Positions 10,885-24,831 of a stretch of DNA of 64,000 nt are shown piece after piece. The stretch's first letter is position 1, and each line of letters begins with the position of its first letter. This DNA is from Podarcis filfolensis (taxonomy: Eukaryota). Location of the stretch: assembly GCA_964270895.1 (NCBI GenBank), contig OZ185440.1; one strand, written 5' to 3'. The notes beneath the pieces are model-generated. The model had not been told where the DNA came from, made no database searches, and saw only the letters and a list, made by a program, of their open reading frames with translations. A program made the position numbers and the translations under genes.

Positions 10885-13489
10885 GTCCACAGCATGGAGA
10901 GAGATAAAGACATGACCCCCAGGCCACAAAAGTTCCCCTTCCTAGGCATAGATAGTGACCGTGCCACAGGGAATCTGCCCAGCTTGTGTCTGAAAGCTTC
11001 CTGGTCTTTTCTGGCTTCATTGAAGAGTGCCTTGTGACAGATATTCCTCAGCATTATCCAAAGACGGCAATATTTCCTTGGCTACTTTGATAAAGGAGAT
11101 AATACTGTACTGGGCGAAAACAAAATAGCCAGACTCAAAGGAAAAATAAAGTGCCATCCAGCTGTGTTGGAGAGTGTCAGCACAAAGGAGCTAAACTAAA
11201 AGGTATGCGGAGGTAACATTTAATTAATTAATTATTGCAGGGCTTTCAAATGACAAAAACGGTGTGTGCTGTTCTTTTTTGGTGTTTGTAATATGCACTG
11301 TTACTGAACAAAGGCTATTTTTTAACACTAGAAAATAGGACACTAAAATAGGAAGAGAGAATGTGAATCACAAAGGGGACGTTGTATGTGATAGGAAGAG
11401 TTGTAGCGGTGTGTGATGGATAAAGAAGATCTTAGACATCATCACAGAAGGCCAGAAGGCCAAAAATACTATTTAAAACAGGATTAAGCATGAACGGTGC
11501 AATTTCTGTCACACACGGAAGGAAGAAGATCTCATGGTGGTGTCAGGTTCTGAAATCTGAAATCAGGTGGAAGGGATTTAGTGTTGTATAGGGTAGAAAT
11601 CAGAGAGGTGCTGGGATGAGGGAGACTGTGTTTCAAATAGGAATAGCTCAGCCTAGAGTCCTTTAAAAGAAAGATGGATTTAAACTATAAATCCTAACCC
11701 AATTCATCTGGGAACAAGCTCCATTGAATTCAATAGAACTTAATTCTAAGTAGACATGGTTCAGACTGCAATGTTGTGTGCTGTATTTGCAGCTTGGTTG
11801 TCAAAAGATGAAAAGGTGCCACATTGGAAAATGCCAGCAGATATTCTCTTCAAGGGCAGGGCTGTGTTCATGTAATCAGTTGCTATCATTCTGCTAAATG
11901 CTATGAAGAATTCTATCACCTGCTTCCCCAGATTTCCGATGATATGAATAACTGCAGTAATTGTTTTGTTTTTTGTTTGTCCCATTCCCTCAGCTGAATC
12001 ATTGTTTCGTTCACCATGCTTATTTTTATGTTGTTTTATTTTAAGGTGTTTTTATCTTTTCTGTGTGTCACCTTGAGAGATGGCATGGAAATATTTTTAG
12101 TACAGGTAGGACTCTGTGACAAAACATTGCAGCATGGAGTACTTCTGCTTGGAAAACATCCCTCTGTGTTTACCAGAGTCATATGACTTCTTGCAGTGGG
12201 AATATGGTAACTAAACATCACCCACACTTGCGAAACTATGCCCAAGAAGGTAGGTCAAGCATTTATATTCAAATCAAGCCCTAGAAATATACTTGCCTCA
12301 GATACTGGACAAAGTTCACTCAGAATATCTAGTGCTTATTCTGCCCATTTTAAACAGAAGATTCAGGTACTATGTCCTGTAATTGGGCTGTTTTTTGTAC
12401 ATTATAAGTAGCTAACAATCACAGTTTGTGTACTAAAAACTGAGTGCACTGTATACGTCACCTGAGCCAAATGCAAATAACCTGCAGCTTTTTCTGACCT
12501 TAAGAAATTCATATCTGAGTCTAAACTTAGCTTATTGAAGACTGCTCCTCATTTTAATCAAAATATACCAACAGATGAAAACAGAAGCAGAGCAAAAAAT
12601 CAAGGAGAAAATAACAGCTGCTGCCAAAAACGTAACAAAAAGCACAGTTAACATATTGTTCATATCAAAACGTCTGGTGGATGGGGATGCTTAAAACCCT
12701 GATGCATTTCATATCATAGGGCTTCTTGTACGTTTAGCTAGCCATCAATCCTCTTCATGAGTTGGAGGAACTGGAACATAGAGTGGTTGAATTACAGAGG
12801 AGGCAGATGGGACCCAGCCTTATCATTTGTGATGTCATCTATTGTGATTTCCTTCCTCGTGATGAGAAAGTAGGATATGATCAAAAAATTAAATATGAAA
12901 CTTTCAGTGGGGCGCAAAGGGCACAATTTGGCAAAAATGGTGGGAGTTGCGAGTTGTGGGGGAAATTCACTTCTAACATTTTCACGTCACTTTGTGATTT
13001 AATAAGCAAACAAAAAACACCCACATGAAAATTAATCAACATTTTACTGTGAAAGTGCACATTTTGAAGGATGGCTGTGACTTGTTCCAGAAAGTGAAAA
13101 TTAGGTAACTTTGCGAACTTAATCAAACCTCTTTCCCATTTCTACAGAGTTCAAAAATCTTTCACCTTTTGTTTCCACAAAGGATACTTCCCTTGGAAGT
13201 AAGTATTCACATTCATCATTGCTTTCGTAGCACTGGACTATGCAAATCGGGTACTGACCAACAGATGTTGCCCAAGCTGCATTGCTGTGCTGATGACAAC
13301 AATATTCAAAGCAGACCAAAGCATATAGGAATATGGGTCCTTCAGGCCCCCTTTTCCTTTGAAATGTAGGTTTTAATCAATTGGAAAAGTTATTGGCCAA
13401 TTGAGCCAAAGCATAAGTATTAAAATAATTCATCCTGAACAACATGGGGTTTTATTTTATGTTTAGTGCAGAAGGTTCGCCTGCACGAA

Positions 13490-13950
13490 TTTGCTACGCT
13501 TATTTAATGTCGTCTTTAAGATGAAAGATGATGCCAGCCCAGTGGTAATAGCATCTTTTGACGCTGAGAAAGCATTTCACAGAATTGAATGGCAGTTACT
13601 ATTTTACTATGATGGAATTTTTTTTTAAAAAATCCCATAAATGTATTGCACCAGTGACAGTTTTCTGAGCAAGGATGCATAATAATGACACAATATTGTT
13701 TCTGTTTTTATTTTCAGAGGGAGTCGGGCCAAGGATGCCCAGCCACAATGGTCTCTTTCCTATTGCAAATAAACCATTCCCAACAAGATAATTAAGTGGA
13801 GCTGCCACAGCAGCACAATGCACTAAAAGACAAAACCACTGATTTTCATAGTGCTCTTTCCCTGGGAGATGCAGCCGTTTATCCAGGAGATAATGGCACA
13901 TTTAAGGAAAACTTTCAAGACATAAAGTGCAGAGAGGTACCAAATCAAAG
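13490..13950 (+). mobile_element. Ancient L1-clade reverse transcriptase remnant
   Basis: Translates as RLFNVVFK...VIASFDAEKAFHRIEWQ (L1 DAEKAFD motif). A frameshifted RGSR/QGCP motif follows near 13720. Confidence 0.75.
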
Positions 13951-14379
13951 ATCTTAGAGATGAAGGAAAATAGCTGTGGGCTGGTTGTAAGTCTTTCTCT
14001 GTCTGCCACCCCATGTAGTACAGTTAATTATTCTTATCCACAATGCCCCAGACCTGGTCTTGTCAGGAGCAGCCAGATAAAACAGCAGGCATAGCTCCTA
14101 CCTTACAAGAAAGGAACGGTGACATTTTTTTCACATATTTATTGAGAGAATTTCTAGCCTGCTCTTCGTTAAAAATAATCCCGGAGCACAGCACAACACA
14201 CACAGAGACACACAAAATAAATCACATAAAATAAAACCATTATAAAAAAGCAAAAAAAAAATGTGTACTGTAATGTTAAAATGCATCATCACGTACTACA
14301 AACAAAAGGAGTGAGGTCAGGTGGAGAAAGGTCTGTTCTTTACTTTTCATCCTAGTGTTTTAGCCAAGGGAGAGCCCAA

Positions 14380-14515
14380 CAGTATTAGCCAGACTTGGCC
14401 CTCCAGATGTTTTGGGACTACAATTCCCATCATCCCTGGCCACTGGTCCTGTTAGCTAGGGGCGATGGGAGTTGTAGTCCCAAAACATCTGGAGGGCCAA
14501 GTTTGGCCATGCCTG
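14380..14515. mobile_element. Palindromic hAT-type MITE (~135 bp)
   Basis: TTGGCCCTCCAGATGTTTTGGGACTACAA...TTGTAGTCCCAAAACATCTGGAGGGCCAA near-perfect long inverted repeat. Related decayed copies at about 4747-4885, 23465-23593, 42157-42255, 45090-45155 and 56660-56755. Confidence 0.85.
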
Positions 14516-16118
14516 GGTTAGGCCTATCCCAGATTCTGCTGCTGCTAAGTGCAAATAAAACTAAGGTTAGTGAAGGTGAAGGATGAAGAGAAATCAGGTA
14601 TGATGTGGCTAATGCACCTGTAAAGCTAAACAACTAAACCAGCCTTCCCTAACTTTGTGCCCTTGGGAATACCTACTGGTTCCTTCAGACTCACCCCGAT
14701 AATGCATCAGCTAAGGGGCATGGCCAGCCCCAGCAGGGACCTCCTCCTGGCACCAACATTATCATTTGTTTGACACCAGGGTTAAGGGATTCCTCTAGTC
14801 TTAAGTATGTGATGGGACTGGATGGTTTTTAAATACTGGCATCATGCTAATCGATTATTCCTAGTGGTTTCTCATTAGTAATGGTGGGTTCTGATTTTTC
14901 GTGTATTATGGATGTTGCTGTTGTGTTCATTTTTTCCACTTTTAGATAACTGAATTGCTGTAAGAAGCTTGGAGTCCCCCCTTTTTTTTTTAAGATAAAG
15001 GTGTCTAATAAATTTAGTAAACCTAAACCAATGAGTTGGATCCAGACGTAGAACAGACCTAATAAATCAATGGGACTGCTCTAAGTTTGATTAACACTCA
15101 ATTCAACACAGTGTGTATATGATTTAACAAAAATAGCATTGTGAAATAGCATTGGAGACAAAACTACCAGCACTCCATAGTCCAAGGGCCAAGGGGATGA
15201 GAAACACTCAGTAAATACTATCTTCTGGAACACTCCCTGATGACAAGACTAGAAGCGCTGCAGAAAAGTCCCCCTGAGGCCCATCTCCTACAGACAGTCC
15301 AGAAGGGTACCATGGTTGCGATGGTATCAAAAGCTGAGAGTCCGAGGAGAAGGAGATTCACAACTTCTCTGTTCCTTCTGAGACGTCTACAAGTCACAAT
15401 GGCTTAAAGTAAACTCCAGGAGAAACTACACAGGCTTGGCTGTGCTTTTGCAAAAGGACAGAGTCACCTAATTAATAGTTATTGCATCAACTTCAGTCAG
15501 CAGTTGCAGTAACAACACTGATGATATTGATGGCATTGGAGAGCCAGGCTTAGCTCAGAATGAAAATGAGCAGAGCAGTCATCTATCAAATCCATATTGC
15601 TGTAGGCGGTGGGAGGCAGTGGAACCTTTTGTTTTTGTTGTTTTCTTGTTCAGCTAGTTTGTTTTAGTGGTTCAGCTCCAAGTGATTTAGATGTATAAAT
15701 AAATGAGTATATACAATGTCAAATGATATGTGCTTACTGGAGCCCTGTGGCTAACACCAGTTTTTCATGAAAGACCCAGGGTGGTGGTGGTTGTTTGTTG
15801 GTAACCCTCTTTCTTGGTTTACAGTGACAGCTACATGTAGGTGGGTGAGAAGGTAGGTAGTTGGGAGACTTCTCTTTAGGAAACATCTCTCTTTCCTTTT
15901 GCTCGATTCCGGACAGTGGTTGGCTGAAAAACATGCCATCTCTGGCATCTTGAGATAACCCTCCCAATTTATTGCTGCCATCTGCAGTAAGTCTTTGATC
16001 TAACCCATCCTGACAACTATCTCCTCTCTTTTATTTTAACAATCTATTTGACTTATGACAAGGATAAGCTATCATTTTGTTGCAAAATCTGGAACCTCTG
16101 CAGCCGATTTCTTCACCT

Positions 16119-16230
16119 GTATATATACATACAATATATATATATATATATATATATACACAATATACAATATATGTAATACAATATACAATATACAATA
16201 TATGTAATATATATATATATATACAATATA
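16119..16230. repeat. (TA)n / (ATATACA)n compound microsatellite
   Basis: Directly visible. Confidence 0.9.
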
Positions 16231-16905
16231 GTCCATTTCAAGGATCCCACCTTGCCTAGCTTGCGCTTTCTTAGCCACTGTGTGTTACTCCTACATCCAA
16301 TTACAAGAAAGAACGGAAAGAGCTGTGCTATGAAGTCTCAACCGATGTTGCATAAAGTCAGATCGCATTGCTTGCTCTACAGAGCAAAGCTGAATTATGT
16401 AGGTGATTTCAAAGTCATGAGTTATATTTGAGAATGAATATTATATACATGATATTTTGAATTTGTGTGTGTGCTTTCATAGTATTGAGAAATCTGATTG
16501 ACTGAAAGGGATCTTAAAGTGTTTCTATGTAGATTATAAAAAAACCAACAACTTGCTGGCTTTTTGAGAGAAGATAAATGTATAATTGTTTTTATTTGTT
16601 TTAAAATGTTCTGTCCCTTACCTTTGTATTGAATTTTGTGGCCTACAACCATAATAAATCACAATAAATTGCTTGAACTTGCTTAAGTGATGCTATAATC
16701 AACCATTTAGTTGACTAAGGCATCATATTGCCTTTTCACTGCAACGTTTAAATTGCAACACTACGAATCAAGCCAGTGAATTAACTCATATGTTAGCTCT
16801 GAAGAATCTACAGATTAATCAAAGATCATGAAATCACAACAACCCAAAACCTATTGTGAACAATCTATTCTCAAGTCAATACCAATGCCTTGGTAGGGTT
16901 TGAGG

Positions 16906-17029
16906 CAGGGATGGGGAACCTGTGGCCTCCAGATATGGTTGGACTACAACTCCCATCACCCTTGATTACGGGTCATGCTGCCTGGGCCTAATGGGAGCCT
17001 TTTAGAGGGCCAGTAGTTCCCCACCCTTG
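16906..17029. mobile_element. Palindromic hAT-type MITE
   Basis: CAGGGATGGGGAACCTGTGGCC...GGCCAGTAGTTCCCCACCCTTG termini, with the GGACTACAACTCCCATC core. Confidence 0.8.
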
Positions 17030-17088
17030 GGTTTAATTCCTCAAGCCCCACTGTTCCTGTTTTTGAATGTGCCGATATCAATACTTCA

Positions 17089-17400
17089 NNNNNNNNNNNN
17101 NNNNNNNNNNNNNNNNNNNNNNNNNNNNNNNNNNNNNNNNNNNNNNNNNNNNNNNNNNNNNNNNNNNNNNNNNNNNNNNNNNNNNNNNNNNNNNNNNNNN
17201 NNNNNNNNNNNNNNNNNNNNNNNNNNNNNNNNNNNNNNNNNNNNNNNNNNNNNNNNNNNNNNNNNNNNNNNNNNNNNNNNNNNNNNNNNNNNNNNNNNNN
17301 NNNNNNNNNNNNNNNNNNNNNNNNNNNNNNNNNNNNNNNNNNNNNNNNNNNNNNNNNNNNNNNNNNNNNNNNNNNNNNNNNNNNNNNNNNNNNNNNNNNN
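17089..17400. other. Assembly gap (312 N)
   Basis: Run of N, abutting a palindromic MITE on its right side. Confidence 1.
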
Positions 17401-17535
17401 AGGCATGACCAAACTTGGCCATCCAGATGTTTTGGGACTACAACTCCCATCACCCCTAACTAAAAGGACCAGTGGTCAAGGATAATGGGAACTGTAGTCC
17501 CAAAACATCTAGAGGGCCAAGTTTGGCCATGCCTG
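17401..17535. mobile_element. Palindromic hAT-type MITE
   Basis: AGGCATGACCAAACTTGGCC...GGCCAAGTTTGGCCATGCCTG. Same subfamily as 14380-14515. Confidence 0.87.
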
Positions 17536-20350
17536 TCCTATGCAAATCAATAGACGCCCTATTGATGGTGGTGTTCTGGATACCAACAACAACATCCTGT
17601 ATAGAAATGCTGAGTATCTATCAAAACTCTTAAAAACTTTCAACTCAACACAGGGGGACAAAGTAGAGCTGATTTAATGACACCCCAAAGCATGCAAACA
17701 TGGTTTGCTTGGCATGCTTCCAAAGCAAATCCAAAATCATGCTAATTAGATCACTGGGTAGAAAGTATATGTAGAAAGTAGCAACGCATTAAGGGTTGTT
17801 CCCTCACACTTTATATCAGGTTCCCCCAAGAAAAACAGTGTGGCTAGCCATTATTTATTTGCCATATAAATAATGTCCCATGAAACCAGAAGTAACTTTA
17901 CTCGAATATATGGCAGTTTCTGAGCTTGCATCTGGGGGAATCAAAATATAAAGGTGCCTCAGCAATGCTTACTTTCCCACTTGTGATTGACTGAAATGCA
18001 TCCTGCTATTGCCTCAAGGGAGGGTATATCTCTGCTTATCATCTTTTCTGTTTTCACTTTATGTTAATAAGAGCTTAGCATAATGGACCAATAATGAATG
18101 CTATTTAAATGCCCATATATTCCTGAACATCTGTTGATGCATATGCAGAATACAATTTGCACATATGAGTACATGCTGCCAGTTTGTGCACGTATTCCCT
18201 CTCCGTAGGACGTAGAAGTAGGTGTGACACATTTCTGAATCGAATAATAAAAATGTGTCAGCTAAGCTCGTGCTATTTATGTCTCTTGCTCGTAATGCCA
18301 TGTATCTGCCAACCTTTGCAACTGGCTCTTTCTAATAGTTCTCAATGAAATAGCCAAATCTTGAATTTGCAAGGCATGCAAATTCCTATAGATTTCTTCT
18401 AGTGTTTTGTTCTGCTTTATAGAAGTCTTTGCCTGCTTCTGTAGTTCCCAGTATAGTTATGCAGGCATGGTCACAACTACTGCTACTTCTAGGCAAAATG
18501 TTGGTTAACCTAACGCTTGTGACATTTAACAAACTCTTTTGTGTTCCAGTTACCTAAATATGGATGGGCTAAATCCTGTACTAGATTGAGTTTTCACACG
18601 TTGTGATTTTTAGGTGTACAATTAGGAGTTTAAGCACATAGCAGGGTGGGAAACCTGAGCCTCAAGGGACAAGTGTAGCTCCCTATTTGGGCCTTGGCAC
18701 TCTCCCATTGACCACCCTGCTTTTGTTTGGCTGAAATGTGTCCTTGAATTGTGTTAATGCCTCTTGTCTGTCTGATAAGAATATGGTGGTTGTAGGGAAA
18801 GCTATGTGTACACAGCAAACATGTGTAGAAACCTCCAGTTTTTGTGTAGCTAAAATGTAACATTGCTTCACCCACTCTTATCCCTTCCTATGTTATCCCC
18901 AAAAGAATTCCTATTTCCATTTTCATCAGAGAAATGTGGGAAGGTATGGAATAGGATGTCCCTATTTTCATCTGAGAAAGGTTGGAGTGTATGCTTTAAG
19001 GCCTAGCTCACTTGCAGTTTCACAGAGAGGAAGCGCATACAAGTCTCCAGTCTCTGGCATTATTTTGTTTTCTGACAATGTCCATATTTCCTTGCTAATC
19101 GTTTTAAAAATGCTTCTGTCTGTTTACTTTGTGTGTGGACAGCCACATCAATTTTATTTTTCGAGATCTTCTGGAAAACGCCCAAAGTTCCAGCTTGCAG
19201 TTTTGATCACGAGGCCATGTCATCAAAGCATTATGTGCAAGACTGAATAAGTGGTCATTCTTCAGAGCACCCTTCAGATACTGAAAGCCAGCAGCAGAGA
19301 ACAGCAGAAAACAAAGAGTATGCTGGAAGGAACAACTGAGTCACATGCTTGTTACAACCATATCAGCGTTAACAGGGAATGGCAGCTTCAATCCCCACCC
19401 ACACAGCCTTGCTCTACTGTCAAACACACAAGCACATAACGATTAGCAAGAGGGCAAAACTGATCTTTCAAGATATTTATGCACCCTGTCAAGGAAATGC
19501 CGGCTGGAACCACACTGACAATGACAACAGCTTTGCCAGTTCTGAACAACAGAAAATCCACTGTGGGATTTAAACAAAAGAAAGCCATATTTTGTCCTGA
19601 CAAGCAATGTGAAGTCATCTGTCATTTCCCGCACACACATTTTGGACTGGTGCTGGGAAGGTTCAAACTCTGGTGTACTCAATAAATTTTTTATTTTTGG
19701 CAGCATTTCTGTTTAATCTTTACAGAGATTTTACAAGAGGAGGTTGGAAAAAGTTGGCCTTGTAGAGATAAGTGCCTGTGACCTTAAACAATATCTTACA
19801 TTTCACTTCAAAAGCACATAGCTCTAAAACTGTCCTCTTATTTTAATGAAATTATTTCATGTTATCTGCTACTCACTAAATAACTGTGTCTCCATGCATA
19901 CTGGACCACATGACCTATCTTAATGAGCCTTGGCTGAACAACAAATTTATTTTTACCCAATTGGCCTGCTTTAATTAGATCAGGCCACCATGGTTTTAAG
20001 GGAATATCAGCAGTTCCACCAGGAACACCTTTATTTCTAAGAATTTATAGCTATGAAAGCAATGTGATGAAATCATCTTCAGCAATGGGTGCCCAGTGTC
20101 TATGTTGATGTTGTTTTGCAATCTGCTTGCCGAGATTATTTTGGAAACTTTTGAGTTTTCCTGCAACCTTTTTCTAAAGTGTCATGCTATTAGCATATGC
20201 TGTGAGTTAATTGCTTCTGGTGCTTCAAGGCAGATCAGCTTCGCAAAACAATTAAAAACTAATAAATGGAAACTGCTGACAATCTCAAACTATAAGATGA
20301 ACTGACTTACACACTCTGACTGTCCACTGCTCCTATAAGTTTGCCCAGAG

Positions 20351-20489
20351 CAGGTTTGGGGAACCTTTGGCTCCCCAGATGTTGCTGAACTCCAACTCCT
20401 CTCACCTTAGACCATTGGGTATGTTTGTTAGGGCTGATGGGAGCTGTAGTTCAGCAACACCTGAAGGGGCAAAGGTTCCCCTTGCCCCT
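20351..20489. mobile_element. Palindromic hAT-type MITE
   Basis: GGGGAACCTTTGG...AAAGGTTCCCC inverted termini and a TGTTGCTGAAC/GTTCAGCAACA inner palindrome. Confidence 0.8.
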
Positions 20490-20660
20490 AACCTGGAGCA
20501 TGGTGATGGATGGGGAGAGGAAGATGAGCAGAGGGCTTTTCTAGCTGTAAGTAGCAGGATATACCAGGAGTCTCAGTTGTGGAAGGGCCAGTGGCTACTT
20601 CTGATCTTTTAGTTTGCTCCATCATATACATGGCAACGATTTACAAATGGTATTTCAGAT

Positions 20661-20828
20661 CTGTTCTTAACCTGAAGCACCACTTTAGCTAATGGGGCCT
20701 CCTGCTGCCGCCGCACCGCCGGAGCATGATTTCTGTTCTTATCCTGAAGCAAAGTTCTTAACCTGATGCACTATTTCTGGGTTAGCAGAGTCTGTAACCT
20801 GAAGCATATTTAACCCGAGGTACCACTG
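20661..20828 (-). mobile_element. pogo/Tigger-like MITE, partial
   Basis: Ends in CGAGGTACCACTG+TA. The interior is the reverse complement of the 49417-49647 copy. Confidence 0.8.
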
Positions 20829-20945
20829 TAATCCATTCCAGACTTTTAAAAACAACCCCTAAAACAGCAATTTAATATGAAATTTACTGTCTAACGAGAC
20901 CATTGATCCATAAAATGAAAGGAATAAACAATGTACTGCAGTCAC

Positions 20946-20976
<31 letters not shown>

Positions 20977-23900
20977 CAAACTGATCTGGAGATGTTGAGA
21001 ACTGACCTTCAGACTGGAAAAATGAGAAACTGAAAGAAATGAAAATGGACAGATCTGAAATTCCAAACGTTCCTATCAAATGAACTATGAAACAACCAGT
21101 TCATAACATTTCAGTCACAAGGCTGCTAAGGAATATTTGACTCTACCATGACTGAATTTATAATAAATGAGAGGATTACTTTTATGAAAAATATGTATAT
21201 ATGTCCTTTTTATGGTGATGTGGCTGAGCAGGTAGATTATTTATACTCTGTGACATATACATGCTGAAAGCAGCCCTACATTAGTTTAATAAACCCATGC
21301 TGATCTGATAATAATGCAGCAAGCACACAAGGGTGGATAATTAGAGCAAACCTTGCATTTTAAGTCATTACTTGAACAACAGACTGATTGATTAGGATCC
21401 AATTCTGACTATGTCAATACTAGTTTAAAATATGGATGGCAGAATGAAAGAACAACAGAGTGGTCTATTTCCCAGCGTTATGAAATTATCTCCCAATGTG
21501 TAAATGGCCATGTAATAAAACTGCATTTGAATGAAAACTATCATAGGTTGGGTGGCAGAAAACTTACTGAAAACACTTTCACACACACATGCTGATGGTA
21601 GCGGTGCTGGTGGTAAGAGGGGGTATCTGTTGAAACAACCCACTGGGCCTCGTAAGTGCCAATCTCCAGGTTTCCCTCACCTTCCAAGAAGGACGTTAAA
21701 AGGATTCAGGCATTTGCCATCAAAAGAGGAACCTAAAAGCCCTCGTGTACATCCACAGGTGTTGATTTGATCTGGGCTAAATACTTCACCACTTTTCTAA
21801 TTCATCCTATTTTGAAAGCATTTATTGATCCCATTCTTTTTCTTTCCCCTCTCGCGAATGGGATGCGCAACTGAGGAAAGTTATGTATAGTATTTGGCTT
21901 TCCGTTTCATTAATTTGTATTTACAGGGTTTTTAAAATGTTCATTAACTTAAAATAATTTGTAGCTGTAAAAGTATACAACCCCTACTCTTTCCAGTAAT
22001 TACAATCGATCATAAACAATATCAGAGCATGGTTTAAGAAAGCTGTGGCCCTATTTTCTTTCACTCATTGGTGGAAAAGCCATGCTTGGGGATGTAGAGG
22101 CATTTTTTTATATATATAAAAAATGTCTTGATTGTATATTGTGATCATTATCGTTTTCCTAATGTGATTGGTAAAGCATCGATTTCAGGAATAGAAAACA
22201 GATGCCAGCAGAATTTTATTGCCATACAGATGGAAGCGACATAGTGACATCTCACATTCTAAACAGAGTCTACCAGCAATATCTATCCAGAACACTGTCC
22301 CACTCCACCTACTGATTAAGAAAGATACTGCACTGTAGGACTTATTAATGCTGCAATGGATGCTAGCTTGTTAATGGCCCAGGAGATTGCATGCAAATAG
22401 ACCAGAATGGCTGCTGGATATTTCCTCATTGGGAGCTAATTGTTAGCAGATATCCAGAGTCCTCTCAAGTGTAATTCATTAGTCTTTGGGAAGGTGCACC
22501 CCCATCCCTGCTTCCATTTAGGAAAGGGGCTAATTAATACTCCTCTCTCGGTTGTGGAGATCAACAGAAGCAGTTTCAAAATAGTAGGCATGCACAGAAT
22601 TAATTGAAGGCTGAAGCATCTTTAGGAGCTGGGTGCCTCTCTCTGGGAATCTCATGTCAGGTAACGGATCTTGTGAGTGCTGCTTTCCTCCACCTATGCT
22701 ACAGCCTACTCACCCTTTGGAAATCAATATTTCAGAAACACCATCAGCTTTGCAGTTGTTTATGTTCCTATTTAATGTGCTTAGTCCACATGACGTTACC
22801 CTCAAACAACACCAGTCTAAATGCTTTCCCCCTGTAAATTCCAGTTTACCTGGCACAGAGACAATCCAATATGTTGGGGGATTCTGGGCTCCAAATCACA
22901 TCACTTGGAAGTAATAGACAATTTGTTCTTGCTACTCCACTTTCCATGGCTCCCTACTGCCTCAATGGTTTAATTTCTTTTGAAGCCTTGTTTGTACCTA
23001 TTTCCACTGAACAAAGTGTGGCCTTAGACATATTATATTTTTTAACACCTCAGATTTCCACAAAACCAGAAAACTGCATAAATGACCCACATTTTTGTTT
23101 TGTTTTGTTTTACAACCAAACAGTGTAGAAAATAAATAAATCAAAAATTGTGGATTGTGAAATCTGCAATTGTCTGACTGTGCTTTCCCGCAATTCCTGG
23201 ATGGGGATCCCCCCCACCCCCAAATATGGTGTGCACTCAGCTATGTGCATGGCAGCACATGCCCTGTTGGTTCTTAGTCAATGCAACAGAACCAGCCAAC
23301 TAGAAGGCATGGGCAACCACTAAAGGGAATGCCTGCTGGAAAGATTAAAATTGTTCCTCAAATACATGTAGATGTGGACTACTCTGGTCTAATCCGAATT
23401 GGAGGGGGGAGTGAGTTAACAGCTAAATAATGTTGAAATCCCCAAGTCTCTTGTGCTCCAAAAGAGAGCCAAAGCTTGTGGCCTTCCAGATGTCGTTGAA
23501 CTACAATTTCCATCATCCCTGACCATAGATCATGCTACCTGGGGCCCAGTTGTGGTTGGAGTCCAATAACTTGTCATAGGTTCGCCAGTCCTGTCTTATA
23601 CAGAAGAAACAAAAACTAAGAGGACATGCTCTGGGATGCACAGAAGGCAGAAGTTGGGTCTGCCTTTCTGTTTTTGTAATCTCACCAACGGAAAGTCAAG
23701 CCACTAAAGAAGATGCCTGCTTCCATTTGCATAGCCCTGCCTATAATTTTTTTTTCTTGGCTATGCTAGTGTGTGGTGGAATTTTAGAAAGCAGCTTATC
23801 CAATTGACAAGTGCGGACTGGTGACAAAATGTTGCAGTCCCTACTGTTGCAGCCAGCCTGCAACAAGGAGCTCTATAGCACTGCTTGAGTTCAACATAGG

Positions 23901-24002
23901 AGGCTTGGTTTCTTACTTTCTGAAGTATGAGAAGAACCTGGTGAAGAGAAAAGGCAGCTGCAATAAAGATTCCACGTCCAATTTGGCTTCTTTGTAATCC
24001 GA

Positions 24003-24041
24003 AATTGGGATCAATAATTGGGATCAATAATTGGGATCAAT
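24003..24041. repeat. Three perfect tandem copies of AATTGGGATCAAT
   Basis: Directly visible, period 13. Confidence 0.95.
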
Positions 24042-24287
24042 AAATGAACTGTAAAGTACAGTAATGGGAACTCTGGATCACAGTTGAGGCCATCAACTTG
24101 CCTACAATGAAAATGAAGCCTACAGTACGTAGCATTTTTAGCCTACACATAAGAAATGTAACCTTTGCCTGTTAATGTGCTTTGTATTTTAACATGTGCA
24201 AGCTAAAGGCTCTAAATAAAGGTATTAGTATTGGCATTTGTTTAATAATTAATGGTGGTATAGAAAGTTAACTAGGGAATTTCAGGT

Positions 24288-24425
24288 CAGGGATGGGGAA
24301 TCACTGGCTCTCCAGATCTTGCTGGACTACAATTCCCATCACCTGTAACAACCGGTCACGTGGGCTGGGGATGATTGGCATTGGGAGTCCAACAGATTCT
24401 GGAGAACCAGAGATTCCGGGTCCTG
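24288..24425. mobile_element. Palindromic hAT-type MITE, decayed
   Basis: CAGGGATGGGGAATCACTGG start and GGACTACAATTCCCATC core. Confidence 0.7.
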
Positions 24426-24779
24426 CTTTTGGCTGAGCCTTTCATCCCACCTTGCTCATTAATTGTGAATATTCCAACATTGTCAACTCATGGCTGAACC
24501 TCCCTTTGAGTTACTGAGTAATATTAAGTTGCCTTACATTGACTCAGTTCCGTTTCTGAGCCTTGCCACCCAAGACTTTTTTGTATACAGCGGTAGTGCC
24601 ATCAGGGAAGGATTGGGTGGTAGAGATCCAGGGCTCCCCATAGAAAGAATGAGCAGGAACATCCCTAAATACAGCAGGACACTTTGAAGTAAATGCACAT
24701 TACCACATTAAGAGCAGGACCTCGTAAGATGGTCAAGTCTGGCTCCTAAAATTACTTAACTGCAACACTGATATTCAGA

Positions 24780-24831
24780 GAGGCCAGATATTGAACTTGG
24801 GACCTTCTACATGCAAAACATGTTCCCCACC
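24780..24831 (-). mobile_element. Old tRNA-derived SINE head interrupted by the provirus (continues at about 30643-30665)
   Basis: TTGAACTTGGGACCTTCTACATGCAAAACATG is the reverse complement of the B-box/anticodon region of the SINE family seen at 32914. Confidence 0.55.

Noticed and set aside
16956-17485. Long ORFs in the ORF track
   Set aside because: Artefacts of reading through the N gap.
24003-24041. Short repeats here and at 33938-33978 and 51916-51951 as CRISPR-like or functional arrays
   Set aside because: They are simple 2-3 copy tandem duplications without unique spacers, in a vertebrate genome.
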